From Nymphaea colorata (lineage: Eukaryota), in the NCBI RefSeq assembly GCF_008831285.2, contig NC_045138.2:28644001-28708000 (forward strand): a DNA stretch of 64,000 nt, read 5' to 3'. Below, one piece after another: positions 49,461 through 63,012 of this stretch. The first letter of the stretch is position 1; each line of letters opens with the position of its first letter. Below the pieces are notes generated by a model. That model was given only the letters and a program-made list of their open reading frames with translations, did no database searches and was not told the origin of the DNA. Both the position numbers and the translations under genes were made by a program.

Positions 49461-50749
49461 TTAGAGGTCTTGAAACACTCGCAGAGTATTTCATGAATTT
49501 ACCTAAAGATTGAAGTAGATTCATAAAACATTAGAATAATGTTTAAATCTTCTCCAAAAAAATTAGGGTAAATTCTTGAAACACTCACAAAGTGTTCCAG
49601 TTCTCAAACTAACCCCTTGTAGAGTAAAAAAAAATTGCTTCCCACCTCTCACTTTTGTCTTGTGATTGCTTTTTACTTCATGAGCTAATTAAATCAGGAC
49701 TTCCCCAACTTGCGCTTTCGTTTCCTTCATTGCGTCCTACAGTATCAACTAAATAAATCTGCTCTCTCAAATATATAGGAATTAGAGGTGGAGCTCATCA
49801 TCATCATCTTCTTTACTAATTTATCACATTAGAAACTACGGTGGGCTCATAGCCTTACTCTCATTGTTTACGATTGTGCTTGTTTCACCCAGGATCTCAG
49901 ATTCACGGTAATCTAAGATCTCAGGATCGCAGATCCATGCTTTAAAATCAAACTACTCTTCATCCGGCCTTAAATATATAGTTTTTAACATGTAACATGG
50001 ATTTTTATGTAGCGTTAAATCTTAAATCCGAGGCTAAAAAAACATAAAGATATAGAACCGTGTGGATGGCAACCCTCACTGCAGATTATGATTCAGCTTA
50101 TACTCCTGAAGAAGTATGACATCACATATTAAATATTTTAGAGTTCAAGTTCTTGTGATAAGAAAGGGGTGGTTGAATATTCTTTGAGTTCATTGAGCAC
50201 TTTGTTGCTAACAGGTAAAACCAAACTATGTAACCGATATTCTTTAGGCAACGGAAATTTTAAATGTTTTTGACAAGGCCGGCCTACTACAGATTAATTA
50301 GTGATTCTTAGGGCGAGGAGGCAGTTGCCCTTCAACAAACGAGAAGAAGAAAAGGGCAGTTCCAGTCAATACCAAAGACTAGATTATGCAAATGCCATCT
50401 ATGAAGCAGCGAGTTATATATATATATATATATATATATAAAGGAAAGTAGGGTGAGGATATATTAAGTGAGAAGTGGGGGCTATCATAAGCTAAGAAAT
50501 AAGAAGAGTAGGTAGAAGAAGATACCAACAAAATATTGGACAAGTTAATCAAGTTTGAATTCTCAATAAATATATTGTGCATTCTGTAGTTAGAATTGCC
50601 CTGTCACTGCCGGAAGGAAGGAGAAATGAACAGCGTTCAGCGGCTCAGATTCGTTTAGCATCCAACAAGCTCGACACCCCTTTAACCGGTCTACCATACT
50701 GAGAAGGACTAGGGATCGAATGCAAAGGTTGCTTAGTCGAACAAGGAGC

Positions 50750-51103
50750 TAGGAGCAAACACAAGCCGAGTCAACCTTGAGTTTAGTCAGCTCGAGCTCA
50801 ACTCAATTAATGAAACCTCGAGCTCGACTCGGCTCGAACTCAAGAATAACTCGACGGAAGCAGCTCGACTCGATTAAGGTTCGACAAACTCATAAACTCG
50901 TTTGAATATACTGATTTGATTAAGGCTCAACAAACTCGACTAAGGCTTGAGCTCGACTCGGCAGTTAAGTGTTGAGCTTGAACTCAACTCGATTATTTGA
51001 ACGAGTGGACTCATGAACTCGAACTCTATTCGTTAAACAAATGACTCAGCTCGAACTCATTCACGAGCAGGGCTTGAGTAGGTTGACTTGTTGTTCGCCC
51101 CGA
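50750..51103. mobile_element. MITE-like element (GAGCTCGAG-rich family), opposite orientation to the 28625-29029 copy
   Basis: It starts CTAGGAGCAAACACAAGCCGAGTCAA and aligns by eye with the reverse complement of 28625-29029. Confidence 0.7.
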
Positions 51104-54100
51104 GTAGGCACATGGTGGTTGGTGTGGGCAGTTGCCCACACCAGCCTCACAAAATTAGATTAATATATATGAATGTTTTGATATATTTGATTGTTATACA
51201 TTTAAGTGCATCAAAGAAATTAAAGGTATTGAATTGAGTGCCCTCATTTTAGTTCGTTTCTGTATGAAAAGCCCCACTCCTTTTATTGACATTCACATTT
51301 TCTTGATATTGACAGTACATTTATCAACGTTACTATCGAACGTCTTCCGAAAGATTGAGGGGATGACCAAATCCAAATCGTATTTATCTTGACTCTGCCC
51401 CCTCGAGGCCACGAGAGACTACATGGCCTCATATTTCTATTTGGTTCATCCCTTTCTTGACTTTCTAGCTCATAAAAATGACATATATATATATATATAT
51501 ATATGAAGCACCATGAGACAGCATCGTCTGTATGTAGACAGAGTCAAAATGAGGGTTTCATGGTGGAGCCTATGGGCCATATGATAAGTACATGAAGCAC
51601 CATCATCTGATGTCAGCTGGCCACACTATGCATTTGTCATCCTCTGACTGTGCTCGCTGCGAACTGATGTAGCTCTGATCTGAGCTTCTCCATAGCCGAT
51701 AAGGTTAGACCGAGTAAATCAACATCCCCAATGTAAGAAAACTGAAAGGTATCAACCAAATTTTACTCTCCTTGCATATGAATGAAAATATTTGTGCGTG
51801 CGTGCGTGTGAAATGAGTAAAACTAGCGTCATCTTAGTATATATATATATATACTCATGATTCATCATAATAGATTATTAAGAGAAACAAAGAGAAAAAA
51901 TGTATGAACTCCTATTAATATGATGAAAATGTCGATAGTCTTTTTCTTGTTTTTTTTTCTCAATTGTCCATTATGATGAAGCAGATAACCATCATGTGTG
52001 AGTTGCTAGCACGAGTCCCCATTTAACTTTCCTATACGCATATACCTATCACTTTTCTCTCTCTTTTTTTCTTTTCCTTTTTTCAACTGACTATTATGAT
52101 GAATCAAATGATTCTCATGAGCGAGTTGATAGCTAATCACTATATACATATAAAAATTTAAGGGTGATTTTGGCTTTTCAAAGTCACCAACCATGTAAAC
52201 CAAAATAAAAACAAAGAAAAAATTATGATGAAGGTTTTTGTTATATAATATTAGTTCACACTTTTTCTTTCAACTCTCTATATGCTTTATATATATTATA
52301 TTATGTTATATAAAGAAAGAGAGGAAACCGATTAAAAGTCACCAGAATCACAGGTGGGAAGAGAGCTTATTCCTCAGTTAAGGTACATTGATTTCACTTA
52401 ACCAGATGGCCATTTCACTTACCCTGATGACATAGATTAGCGGGATCTGTTTTTCGTTTGGTATCATACTTTTGACGTTTCCCTTGGAAAATAAAACTTG
52501 ACCTTTCGATCCACTTACAACTTTCGTTGCATTTCGAACCATTCGGGTCATCATGCCTTGATTTTCCTTTTATATATGCAATGAAGTACTGATATGACTC
52601 AGAAACCGTTTATTCGTGCTCATTCATCAAATTGTCATGGCCGTGTGATCACTGTTTGAATCTCTGTGTTTTGTATAAGAATCTGTATTATGAAAGACAG
52701 AGAGATCTAAAGCGTAGATTGTGGTATTACTTGTAGAATCTGTATTATGAAAGACACAGAATCTCTCTTTCTTTCTCACCCACACATAGATATGTTTCTT
52801 TCATACATCACACACACACATGCATACACGCACACACGCACACACATATTTTATTCGTTAGGGTCAATGGTATCAACTATCATTGAACTCGACTCTTGCT
52901 GATGTCAGGACTACTGTATTACTATGTCCAAGATCTAATATTAAAGTAACTTCATCCGCTTTTCATGACTTTGTTTGTGTCAAAAAAGAATTTTAAATGT
53001 CTTGAAACTTTTTTTGGAACAGGTCCGAGTCAAATAGTCATTCAAAACACTTCTTTTTATAATATTTTGGAACCTCCGTCATATGGATATGTTTGATTGG
53101 ATCCGATGCACCAGAAGTGCACACACACGTACACATACAAATATAAGTAAGGGAGTTCAATGTTGTTGCGTGAAAGATGTTACTGAATGATTAAATTTAA
53201 AAATTCATCTCTAAAAAACAATCATTAAATTGATACTATCTACAATTTATGATACAACAACATTGATAGTGACTTTAGCGATGATTTGTCGTTTTTTTAT
53301 GATGATTTTTTAAAATTTACCAGCCTGGTAACTATCCTGATAACATTTTGACTTTCTTTTATATATATATATATACACACACATCTCTGTCTGTGCTGGT
53401 CTATGTTAACCATATTACAGCACCAAAAAAGTCTGGCTCTATTAAATTTTTTTGGGAAATTCTTAATTATTATCTTAACAAATTAAGCATGATATTTCCA
53501 AAAGAAACATTCTTGTCAATATTGACAGCATTTAAGCCATGAATAAGTATCATTTCCTCATACTTCTATTTGCTTCCTCCTGCGTATATTGACTTTATCT
53601 TTCAAAGCCAGATCATTCTACAACGAGCATGTGCAAGCAGCAAGAACCAGGGGGTGGAGTTAGAATTTTTTCATGAAATAGGTCAAATTAAAGTTTTAGG
53701 CGTCAAAATATCATTTGTCAAAATTTTTATATAGGACGAGTGAAATTTTCTATTCGGCACAATAATTCATGGCTATGAAGCCATACGATAACTACAACAA
53801 GAATCCGACGTATTGTTTTCCGACCACACTAAGGTTCATGTTGCGACCACCGGCGGCGGCCGCTGCATGCACCGATGACTATCATCGCCAATAACAAAAG
53901 AAACTTTTTTTGGCTAAGGGCCACTAGAGTCACTGGCTACGTCTAGTGTGGGCACCCTATTTAACTTTTCAATCACAATATAGTTTCAAGTCAGAAATTT
54001 TTCATTAGCTGGTGTGAACATATCACTGCCACCCATCAATGTCATGTTTGGCGGCACGTGGCGTTGATCAAGAAAATTTTTCTAATAGAAGGGATTATTT

Positions 54101-54304
54101 GACCTTAAAATGCGAGTGTATGGCTCTTGAATGGCTCCGTGCAGTGGGGAAGGTCCCAGATCATGCATGGGCTTTTATGCCTCTGTGGATGTGTAATTAA
54201 TGGGCATCGACCCACCTAAAATTCATGCGTTTTAATTTAATAGTATATATTTTAATGGCTTTTAAAATTATATATATATATACACACTTGAAACTAAGGA
54301 CGTA

Positions 54305-54640
54305 ATCATGCAGAACGAGCGAACTGAGCTCGAGCTCGGCCAACTCAAACTCAACTCGACTCACATGTAGCTGAGTTCGAGCTCGACTTGCTTAACCGAG
54401 TTTGAGCTCGAGCTCGACTCGTTGAAGCTCGATTTTCATATTTTTATTTAAGTCATTTTAAGTTTTTGAAATTACAAAAATAAGTATTAGTGTTAAATGA
54501 ACCTAATCAAATTTAATCGAGTCGGGTTCATCCAACTCGAACTCGACTTGTTTCCAAACTCAAGCTATCAGTGAAGCTCAAACTCGACTAGTTTAACTTA
54601 CCAGTGGAGCCCGAGTTAGCTCGACTTGTTGAACATTCCC
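54305..54640. mobile_element. MITE-like element (GAGCTCGAG-rich family)
   Basis: GAGCTCGAGCTCGACTC arms surround an AT-rich core. Confidence 0.6.
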
Positions 54641-55192
54641 ATCGGAAACGTGAAGAGGGAGAGAGGGAAGACAGTTACCGACCGATGGGTGCAACCAATG
54701 GTTGGTGAGAGAGAAATATTTGTATCAATAAACTCCATGATTGAAGTTGGGTGAGCAGGAGGAATACGGCATCTAGTGACAAGCCACGCCACCCTTCTAT
54801 CTAATAAGTTATTGCCAGATCGGTGTCTGATAAGTTATATATATTTCTGTTTTTCGCCTAACTTTTTTCATTTTTCTTCTTCCAGTTACTCACCAACCTT
54901 CTGCTAACAACTACTAAAATGCGTAATGGATGTGGCTCTCTTAAGTTAATGAGTTTCCCTTAGTTTTTTTTTTAATAAGAAAAGGAATATAATATACTGT
55001 AGTCTTCATACAACTGGGGTTCAGAAAGATAAAAATTATATCTTATATTTGCAATCGTACGATCACAGCATAGATATCTGAAATGCAACTTTTTCTTTCT
55101 TCTTTTTTCCTTTTCTACATGGAACGGCGTTGATCATCTTTGACAAAGCCTAATTAATTCTCTATATCAGAATGCAAATGAGTATTTCGTAA

Positions 55193-55235
<43 letters not shown>

Positions 55236-55241
55236 AGTGAT

Positions 55242-55585
55242 TGGTGGTTACCAGACCACTTGTGTAAGGGCTAAAACCAGACTCTTAAATTCATGCTAAA
55301 AAGTTTTTAAACAAAATACGAACCTTCTAATGTGTTTATAAACACTAAGTTAATATAAATCATTCTTTAGTTCAAGTCATTTTTGTTAAAAAAATAATAT
55401 TTATACTACAAAATTTTGATGCTATAAGAGTTATTCATTTTTTTTACTATTACAAAAACATAATTTAAAAAAGAAAACAACTAACTTGATACATGTTTCT
55501 CATCAAATCATTCTTAAGATCATATCTATAAGGTTAAATTTTTAAAAAATATTTTAGTAATTAATTTCAATAGGTTTGATTTCTG

Positions 55586-55622
<37 letters not shown>

Positions 55623-56041
55623 CTATATATATATATATATATATATATAAACTCATACCACTTTGGTCAGAGGCACAACAACTGGACCTCCAAATTCTCG
55701 GCAAAAATGATTTTAAACGAAATATGGAAAATTCTACTATGTTTATAAATATATACTAATCCAACAACCATGTTTTAATTGAAGTTGTTTATATGAAAAA
55801 CACTTATTTTTCTACAAAACACTTATTTTTCTACAATGAAAAAATCGATGTCACAAGAGCCGTGCAGTTTTTGATATACTATGAGAACACGTTGACAACA
55901 AACAATGACTTAGTGTATGATTCTCATCAAAATCATTATTAAGATCATATCGATACAGTTGGATTATGTAAAAATGTATTTCGACAATCACTTTTGAGTA
56001 GTCTGGTTTTCATCCCTGACCTAGCGGTCTGGGATCTACCA
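55242..56041. mobile_element. Non-autonomous DNA transposon-like element of about 800 bp with imperfect TIRs of about 42 bp
   Basis: Left end TGGTGGTTACCAGACCACTTGTGTAAGGGCTAAAACCAGACT; reverse complement of the right end TGGTAGATCCCAGACCGCTAGGTCAGGGATGAAAACCAGACT. No clear TSD. Confidence 0.55.
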
Positions 56042-57072
56042 TTTACCAATTTTGACTCAAACTGCCATTAAGATTGGGTAAAACAAAACTAATGAAAGTA
56101 AAAAAAAAAGAAAAAAAGAAAAAGAAAAATCCTGTGAATAATACCACATACTTCGGATGATGACAACAAAAAATCTCGAGGATTATAAATGATACTAATT
56201 GCTATGAGCAAGCTTCTTTACAACCAGAAGAAAAGCACTACCGCCATTATTTGGCAGCATATACATAATAATACTTGACACTTCAATGAAGACCAGTTAT
56301 TTTTCCGACGACCCCAAATGTTGAAATTGTAAGATCATGTGGACCAGTCTTTGGAAAAAAACATTCTAGACCTTATCCATGGAAGCAACTACAGAGTCCA
56401 CATTCCCAGAAAAATCGTGGGTTGGAAAAATGTTTTCTTGAACAACAGGGAAGGAAAAACGAAACTTCAGGATTCTGCATTCCAGGATTTCTCATCCCAT
56501 TCTGGAATCCTGGATTATCTTGAAGGAATCGCTTCCAAATAAGATTTCATCTTTGAAACTACTGGTACATGCCAATCGGAAAATTCTGCTGCCGGTCACA
56601 AAATTCTAGCAGAGTGTTCTAGTAACATGGGTTGCGTGCAAAATGGAATTGCAAACTTTCCGGCCTTTCTTGACCAAAGAAAAAGGAACTTGACAAGCTC
56701 AATTTTTAATGGACGTTTTCGATAAGCCACCTAACTGTTTTGAAAGTTGCTTTTCAGCGACCCTTTGCTGGTTATTAGGTTTCTGTGCCTGCAACTTCCG
56801 CCATTTTGGTGTCGCCGCCGCGGAGGAAGAAAAAAAGAAAAAAGCCGGCCGTCGTTTCAGCTGTGTTTCATGGTTCTCACTGGATCGTTCGGACCCAAGG
56901 GATGCAAAACTTTGTCATTTTTAAACTTGTAATCCTCGTTTCTAGAGGATTAATACAAATAAGAAATGAAACTGCAAGGGTATGATTCTTGAGATTTTTA
57001 AACTTTGTCACATCAGCACCGCTCTGGTTCATTATTGTCAAAAAAATGTTTGTTCTCTTCCATTTGTAAAAT

Positions 57073-57185
<113 letters not shown>

Positions 57186-57219
57186 CGCTGAAATATTCAA
57201 CCATTGATAAAAAGAACAA

Positions 57220-57665
57220 TAATCCGATTCGGATTTAAGGAATGTCATCCAGTTAGATTCAGATCTACACAAATATTTAATTGGCTTTGGATTCAGATTC
57301 AAATAATATTTAGTTTTAAATAAATATCTATATTCGATGCCTTGACCTTTTGAAATTGAGTCGGGTTAGTTTGAAATTCAGATTCAAATTTGGATGTAAA
57401 TTTAAATATCCGATTTGAATCATATTCAGATTGTATAATCTGATTTTTGATTCGGATTCAGATATAACTTTTCTTCATTCACATGAGAATCCAAATATGT
57501 GAACATTAAAAAGGTAGATATAGTATGGGAAACCAGTATATGCTATGCACACAAAAGTTCGCCAATTACAACTCACATAAATTGGATTTGGGTCAGATTT
57601 TCAATTTTTACCAAAATCAGCTAATTGAAATTCACATAACTTGATACAGATTCGGCCTCAGATTT
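57220..57665. mobile_element. Degenerate GGATTCAGATTC/ATCCGA-rich MITE-like repeat; related tracts at about 24545-25335, 32700-33010 and 44320-44515
   Basis: Repeated GGATTCAGAT/AATCCGATTCGGAT motifs with no coding potential. Confidence 0.45.
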
Positions 57666-57666
57666 G

Positions 57667-57708
<42 letters not shown>

Positions 57709-58211
57709 TTATTAAATTTCTCTTGCTCATAAAATACGCTCAATGAGCTAAGTTCCAAGTATTTACTGACATGCTCTGATTGAATGGCGTTTATAACTTT
57801 AAAAAACGTGTTTAAAAAAAACGTTAAAAAACACATTTTTCACTTCTTTTTCACTTTTTTTCATTTTTTTAATGCATAACAGTTTTCTTTTTATTTTCTA
57901 TCTTTTATTTGTTGCAATCTACTTATTTTTTTTTATATTTGTGCTATTAATTTCTCACTTATTTTATTTACCCCTCATTTTTGGTTTTTTAAACATTTTA
58001 AAAATTTACCGTATTTTTCTTTTTGTTCTCATTTTTTTCAACATCACCATATTATACCTGAGAAAAACCTGCCATTTAAAATTCTGAGATGTTATTTGTA
58101 ACTATGATGTTTAGTTTGGAAGTAGAAAAGAAATTTTGTCGCTTAACTTTAGCTTGAGCACCGTGAGATGCACGCGTGGACAATCAACACCAAGTTAGCT
58201 TGACAAGCTTA

Positions 58212-58397
58212 GAGGTGTTTGGCAGTAGTAACATACTATTATTGTCTCATGAATCCATCGCACAAACTAAACCAGATTCATGAAGCACTTGTTGAAAGAT
58301 TCTTGAACCATTTGTTGAAATGTGTCATGAATCAGACTCATTTTTTGAAGAGGATTCATGAGACATTTGCAATGAGTTACTGCTGCCAAACAACCCC
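58212..58397. mobile_element. Tourist/PIF-Harbinger-like MITE, 186 bp
   Basis: TIRs of about 21 bp: GAGGTGTTTGGCAGTAGTAAC / GTTACTGCTGCCAAACAACCCC. Flanks are TTA and TAG. Internal inverted TGTCTCATGAATCC / GGATTCATGAGACA. Confidence 0.75.
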
Positions 58398-61272
58398 TAG
58401 AGTTCGGACCCATAAAAATTTTTAGGATTTTCATGGAACTAAATCAGGTGAAGCTTCTCCTTAGATAGAGCTTCACCTGCCCCAACCAAACAACATGAGA
58501 ACCATGAGGGGCATAGCGGTTGGTGGGTAAGTGTGTCAGTTCGATTTTCATGAGTACTATTCCTTTAAACTTTATGATATGGGGCATGACACCAACCTAG
58601 TAATGCATTGTCCTTACACTTCAGGCGTTGCCTCCCAACTAAAAAATGTATAAGAGAGTTCCTGAATGAAAAGGAAAAACAACCTCGAGCGGCATAGCAG
58701 AGGGAGTTGGGCTGGTGGCGAGGAAACCCACCCCATGTTGCCAGCCATTAGTGTATTTGCCTCTATGTCGTATGGGTTGGTGTGTTGTACTAAATAATAT
58801 AAGGTTTACACCAGACATTGACGAAGCTCTGAAACTTTTTAACTCTTTTTTTTAGCGGTGGATTGTGGAATGTTGGTAAGCAGTCGACTAGTCATGCTTC
58901 AATTGCACGTACTTTTTTAAAGTTAGGATCAACGAACAACACCCTAACTTGACTATTTCTTTAGAATCATTATGGTCAAATTTCAAGACTTGTGGATTTC
59001 ATCCGCTCTAATGACCAGCCCATTATTCAAGTGAAGCAGTAATTAAGCTAATCCGAGAGAGGAACAAAGCAGGGAAACGAAGTATTTTTCTTTCGAAATT
59101 CAGTTTTGTATATAATTGGATTTATCTTGTTATATTTTGGGGTGAATCCATTCAAGACCCACATATTTAAGGTTCTGGTATTTAATTAATGGGATTTTCT
59201 TGTATTTTCTTACTTGTATAACATAAGGTCTTTTTGTGCGCCAGAAAAAGTTTTCAGTAAAAACTCGTCTGATTATGACCACCGACTGTCCTTGGAAAAA
59301 GTTTTATCCTATTTTCTTCGTGTTCCCAATGGTGACTTCAAATTGCTTACATCCCGTTTGATGTCAAGGTGAAATTTAGAATATTAAATTTATCATATGA
59401 AAAAAATTCATGGAAAAAAGTCAGACCCTCTCAAGTTAGACTTTTTTTGCAGGGTAAGATTACCTTGTTCCATCTTATTTGGCAGAGTAATTTTTCTTGT
59501 GTTTGCTTTGAAAAAAGAAAAACCCTACAAAAACATACTGTTTCCCTCGATGCGGAAAATTCCTGTGCATCAAATGGGACCTTTGTGCTCCTTTAGAGTC
59601 ATTTGGCAATGACCTACTGTTTCATAAATTATAACATATTCACGAAACACCGCAGGTTCTTGGAAGAGTTTGTTACTATTTCCATTGTTAAATGACTCTG
59701 GCAAGATATGAAACTCGAACTTTCCGACTCAACTGGTAAAATTTTACCAGTCGAGTACACTTTGAAAACTTTGTCAAGTTCAACAAACAACGCCTCTCAA
59801 CATACAACACCACCGATTATGCTTTCTTGGCAGCCTTCATCATATTTCTTTCTTCGTCCGTTTCGAGGGCAGAGGGAGGGGGTGGGCCACCTAGGCCATG
59901 GTGCCACCCCCAACTATTTGAAAAAAAAAGAAACATTGAAAAAATTAAAAAATTTTAGTTATGCAATGTATTTTTTATATTCGGGTTCATTTTGGTCCTA
60001 CACGGACTTGAGGTTAGACTGATTGGCCCGCTTTTAACAAAAATCCTGGCTCCGCCCTTCATCCATTCTCTAGTGAATATTAGTGTCCTTTGAAAGTACA
60101 TAGCTGGCGAAACGAGAAAACAGCAGGTTGGAACGTGCGGTGCCACTGTTTCCAACAATTCCTGTCTCAAGTTTAGCATCTTTGACAAAAAGAGAAGTGA
60201 AATTCAAGCAGTCATAATTTGACTTACGTGTGTTTGTGTGGGTACACCCACAAACACAAGTGACAACTTTTTTTTTCTTTTAAGAAAGAAAAAATGTTAC
60301 AATTTTGAAACCCAAATTAGCAGGAGGTCTTCAAAGGGTATAGTATAGTTGGTTAGATAATTATGAAAATGTGAAATTCTACTTCTTTAATTCAGTTCTG
60401 CTATGTCTCTGCATCTTAAATACTGAGGTGTGATACCTAACTACTGATGCCAAAATAGTTCATGATCTTCGAGAGAGGGATATAAGGGGGACTTCAGGCC
60501 TTGAAGGTTAATTAATTTATTAATTTGATTTTTGTATTATGTGACAGGCGTATCAGGTAAGACTTATTATTTTTTTTAAAATTTTAATTACTTGTTTATA
60601 TTTTTATGCAATAATATTTAAAAAAAAATCAGTACAAATTTTTGAATATACTAACTAGGCCTTTTCAACCAGCCATTTTTGACCCCCTCCTCCTTTAACA
60701 CACGCCAACTTCAATCGTTAGATGTGTCCAAAACACGATGACTCCTCTGGTGGTGACTTACATGTTTTTCACCATAACAGTCTTGATTATCGGATATTAC
60801 TTTTGGCTGGTCGCACATTTTTTTACAAAAGCAAATAGCCTCTCAGCCCAAAGATTATTCCCCTTGGTGTTCCTCTTAAGGATCAAACAAGAGGAGGTAA
60901 TCAAATCATAGCCAACCGGTTCGTGCCCTTCCATTATTATTTTTAATATATTTAACATATGTAGAGCCATAAATCGGGTGACTTCATATTTAAAACACCC
61001 ACCTTTATATAAAATACGTGATTTTGTTATAATTATGAGTTTGAGTGCAAATTTTAAATTTTGAAGGCAATGATTCTTTCTCTTAGATCTGAGTGAGATC
61101 TCAAATCCGTTGTATATGAAGTCCATCTTTTTGGGCACGTTAGACCTTCTAACGTTGGTTATTTAAAACAAAAATAATTAAATAAATTTTAAAAAAGTTT
61201 GAGAAAAATATAAACAAATCAAATAAAATTAAAAAATAATATATTTTTAAGCTGATTAACGTACTTAAAGAC

Positions 61273-61600
61273 TAGGGCTGCACATGAGTTGAGTCGAACC
61301 TGAGTTTGGCCAACTCGACGTTGACTTGGATCGAGCACCTTATAGCAACCTCGAGCTCAATTCGGCTATAAAAAAATCAAGTTCAAACTCGATTCATTTA
61401 GCTCATTTAACTCGTTTAGGCATTAACTTGTTTAACTCATGTAAGTGTTAACTCATATAAAAGTACCGATTCACAAGTCTAGCAAAGTATAAACGAGTCA
61501 AGTTTCTGAAACTTTTAAGTATCTTTGTAAGCTCAAACTCAACTCATCAAATTTTTTTGAAGAGAGTTTGAGTCGAACCTCGATTTGTTGTGCAGAGCCA
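61273..61600. mobile_element. MITE-like element (GAGCTCGA/AACTCG-rich family) with hAT-like TAGGG end
   Basis: It starts TAGGGCTGCACA and ends TGTGCAGAGCCA, with internal AACTCG/GAGTCG units. Confidence 0.6.
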
Positions 61601-63012
61601 AAGCACAAGTTAAAATCACGAGGCCTAAAATAAATTAATTTGTGTCTAAAGGTGGTATTTTGAAATTATTGAGACCGCCGTACGAGCACAGACGAAGAGA
61701 CGCCAAGTTTGTATGACCTTTTGAGCTTTTTGCCTTTCGGGCTTCTAGAAGCGCGGAATTCGTTCCTTACACGCGTCCTTCCTTTCCTTGGACACACACA
61801 AGTTATGATCCGAGTCGGTTCCGTTCGGATCTCATAAAATACTGTTTGTTAGGGTGTTCGTTGGGAAAGAAAGTAGTGCAGTCAAGTACTTTAGTTGGAT
61901 CAGTTCCGTATCGGATCGCATAAAATCCTGTTTGGTATGGTAGGAGAAAAAAGAAAAAAGAAGTGCAGTCAAGTACTCGTGTTGGACTCATGGAGTTCGG
62001 ACCATGAACGAACGGTGCATATCGAGTGTAGTAGTAGATTTAAGAAATTTCCTGCCAAGCCAGTCTCGGATCTCGTCTCAATTGTGATGAAAATGGACAA
62101 TTTTTTGATGTTCATGTCGTTCACGCAATGAGATTTCAAGAATCACACCATCAAAATGACATCCACACGGACAAACTTTAAAATAAATTTTAAGAGTTAG
62201 CACCGACGGGTTGGTGCATATGGGTTAGATAGGGACTCGTAGACAGCTAGTCACTAGTTCAAGCTCCGTGTTGGTGCCAGCCTCTTGTTCTTATCAATAT
62301 GTGTTGTGGGGGACCAAATTAAAGTTTGTGAGGCCAGCGCCCATGCAGGCCCTCCCTTGACTTTGCCCCTAGTTGTGACTTTGGAGGCAAGGGAACAAAG
62401 GCGGCTCGCTAGGAAGAGTTGTGAAAGGTGTTCAGGTTACCGGCCTTAACAAGTCAACCCAACTCGCTTCAAAGAGAGCAGCACTCGTGGTGGGGCTGGC
62501 GGTCTTGTGGGGTTGCTTCCTCCTCCGCCTCATGAAGGGCGGACGGAGTTAGAAAAGCTCTGGAGTACTATATATAAAATTTTTCATCTCAAGAATTCCC
62601 GTTGAGATCCGGAAAGTAAAATTCATATCTGGGAAGATCTTTTGTTTGATACATTGAATTTGGATCAGATTGAGTAATGAAAGTAGCTGCGTCCCATATG
62701 CATAAAGTACATATGCCGGAAATAAAGTTTGGCAAGAGTGATTTACTTATAAAACTTGCTTGGCACTCCTTTGAACGGTTCGAGCACCACATCAAAACTA
62801 CCACCGTTTTCAAGCAATTTTCCTTACAGCGGTTAAACTACAGGAAAATCGAGATGAAAACCCACACGGTACCTCGAGAACAAACGATACAGGTGAAACC
62901 GCGGCCCTGGGAGACAGGAAGGGCACTTTGGACATCCCGAAGAAAAAACAGACAAAAGCACAATCTTCCCGGCGGATGCACCGGAAAACGTCTCCCTAAC
63001 GCAGCGGAGCAC

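Noticed and set aside
51660..51700. Partial similarity to a miR390 target site (CTGAGCTT) and to the miR164 5' end (TGGAGAAGC, minus strand)
   Set aside because: Only 8-9 nt match, with no tasiARF sequence and no miRNA-like foldback.
61807..61990. Two-unit degenerate tandem duplication (AGTGCAGTCAAGTACT core)
   Set aside because: Only two copies and no sign of function.
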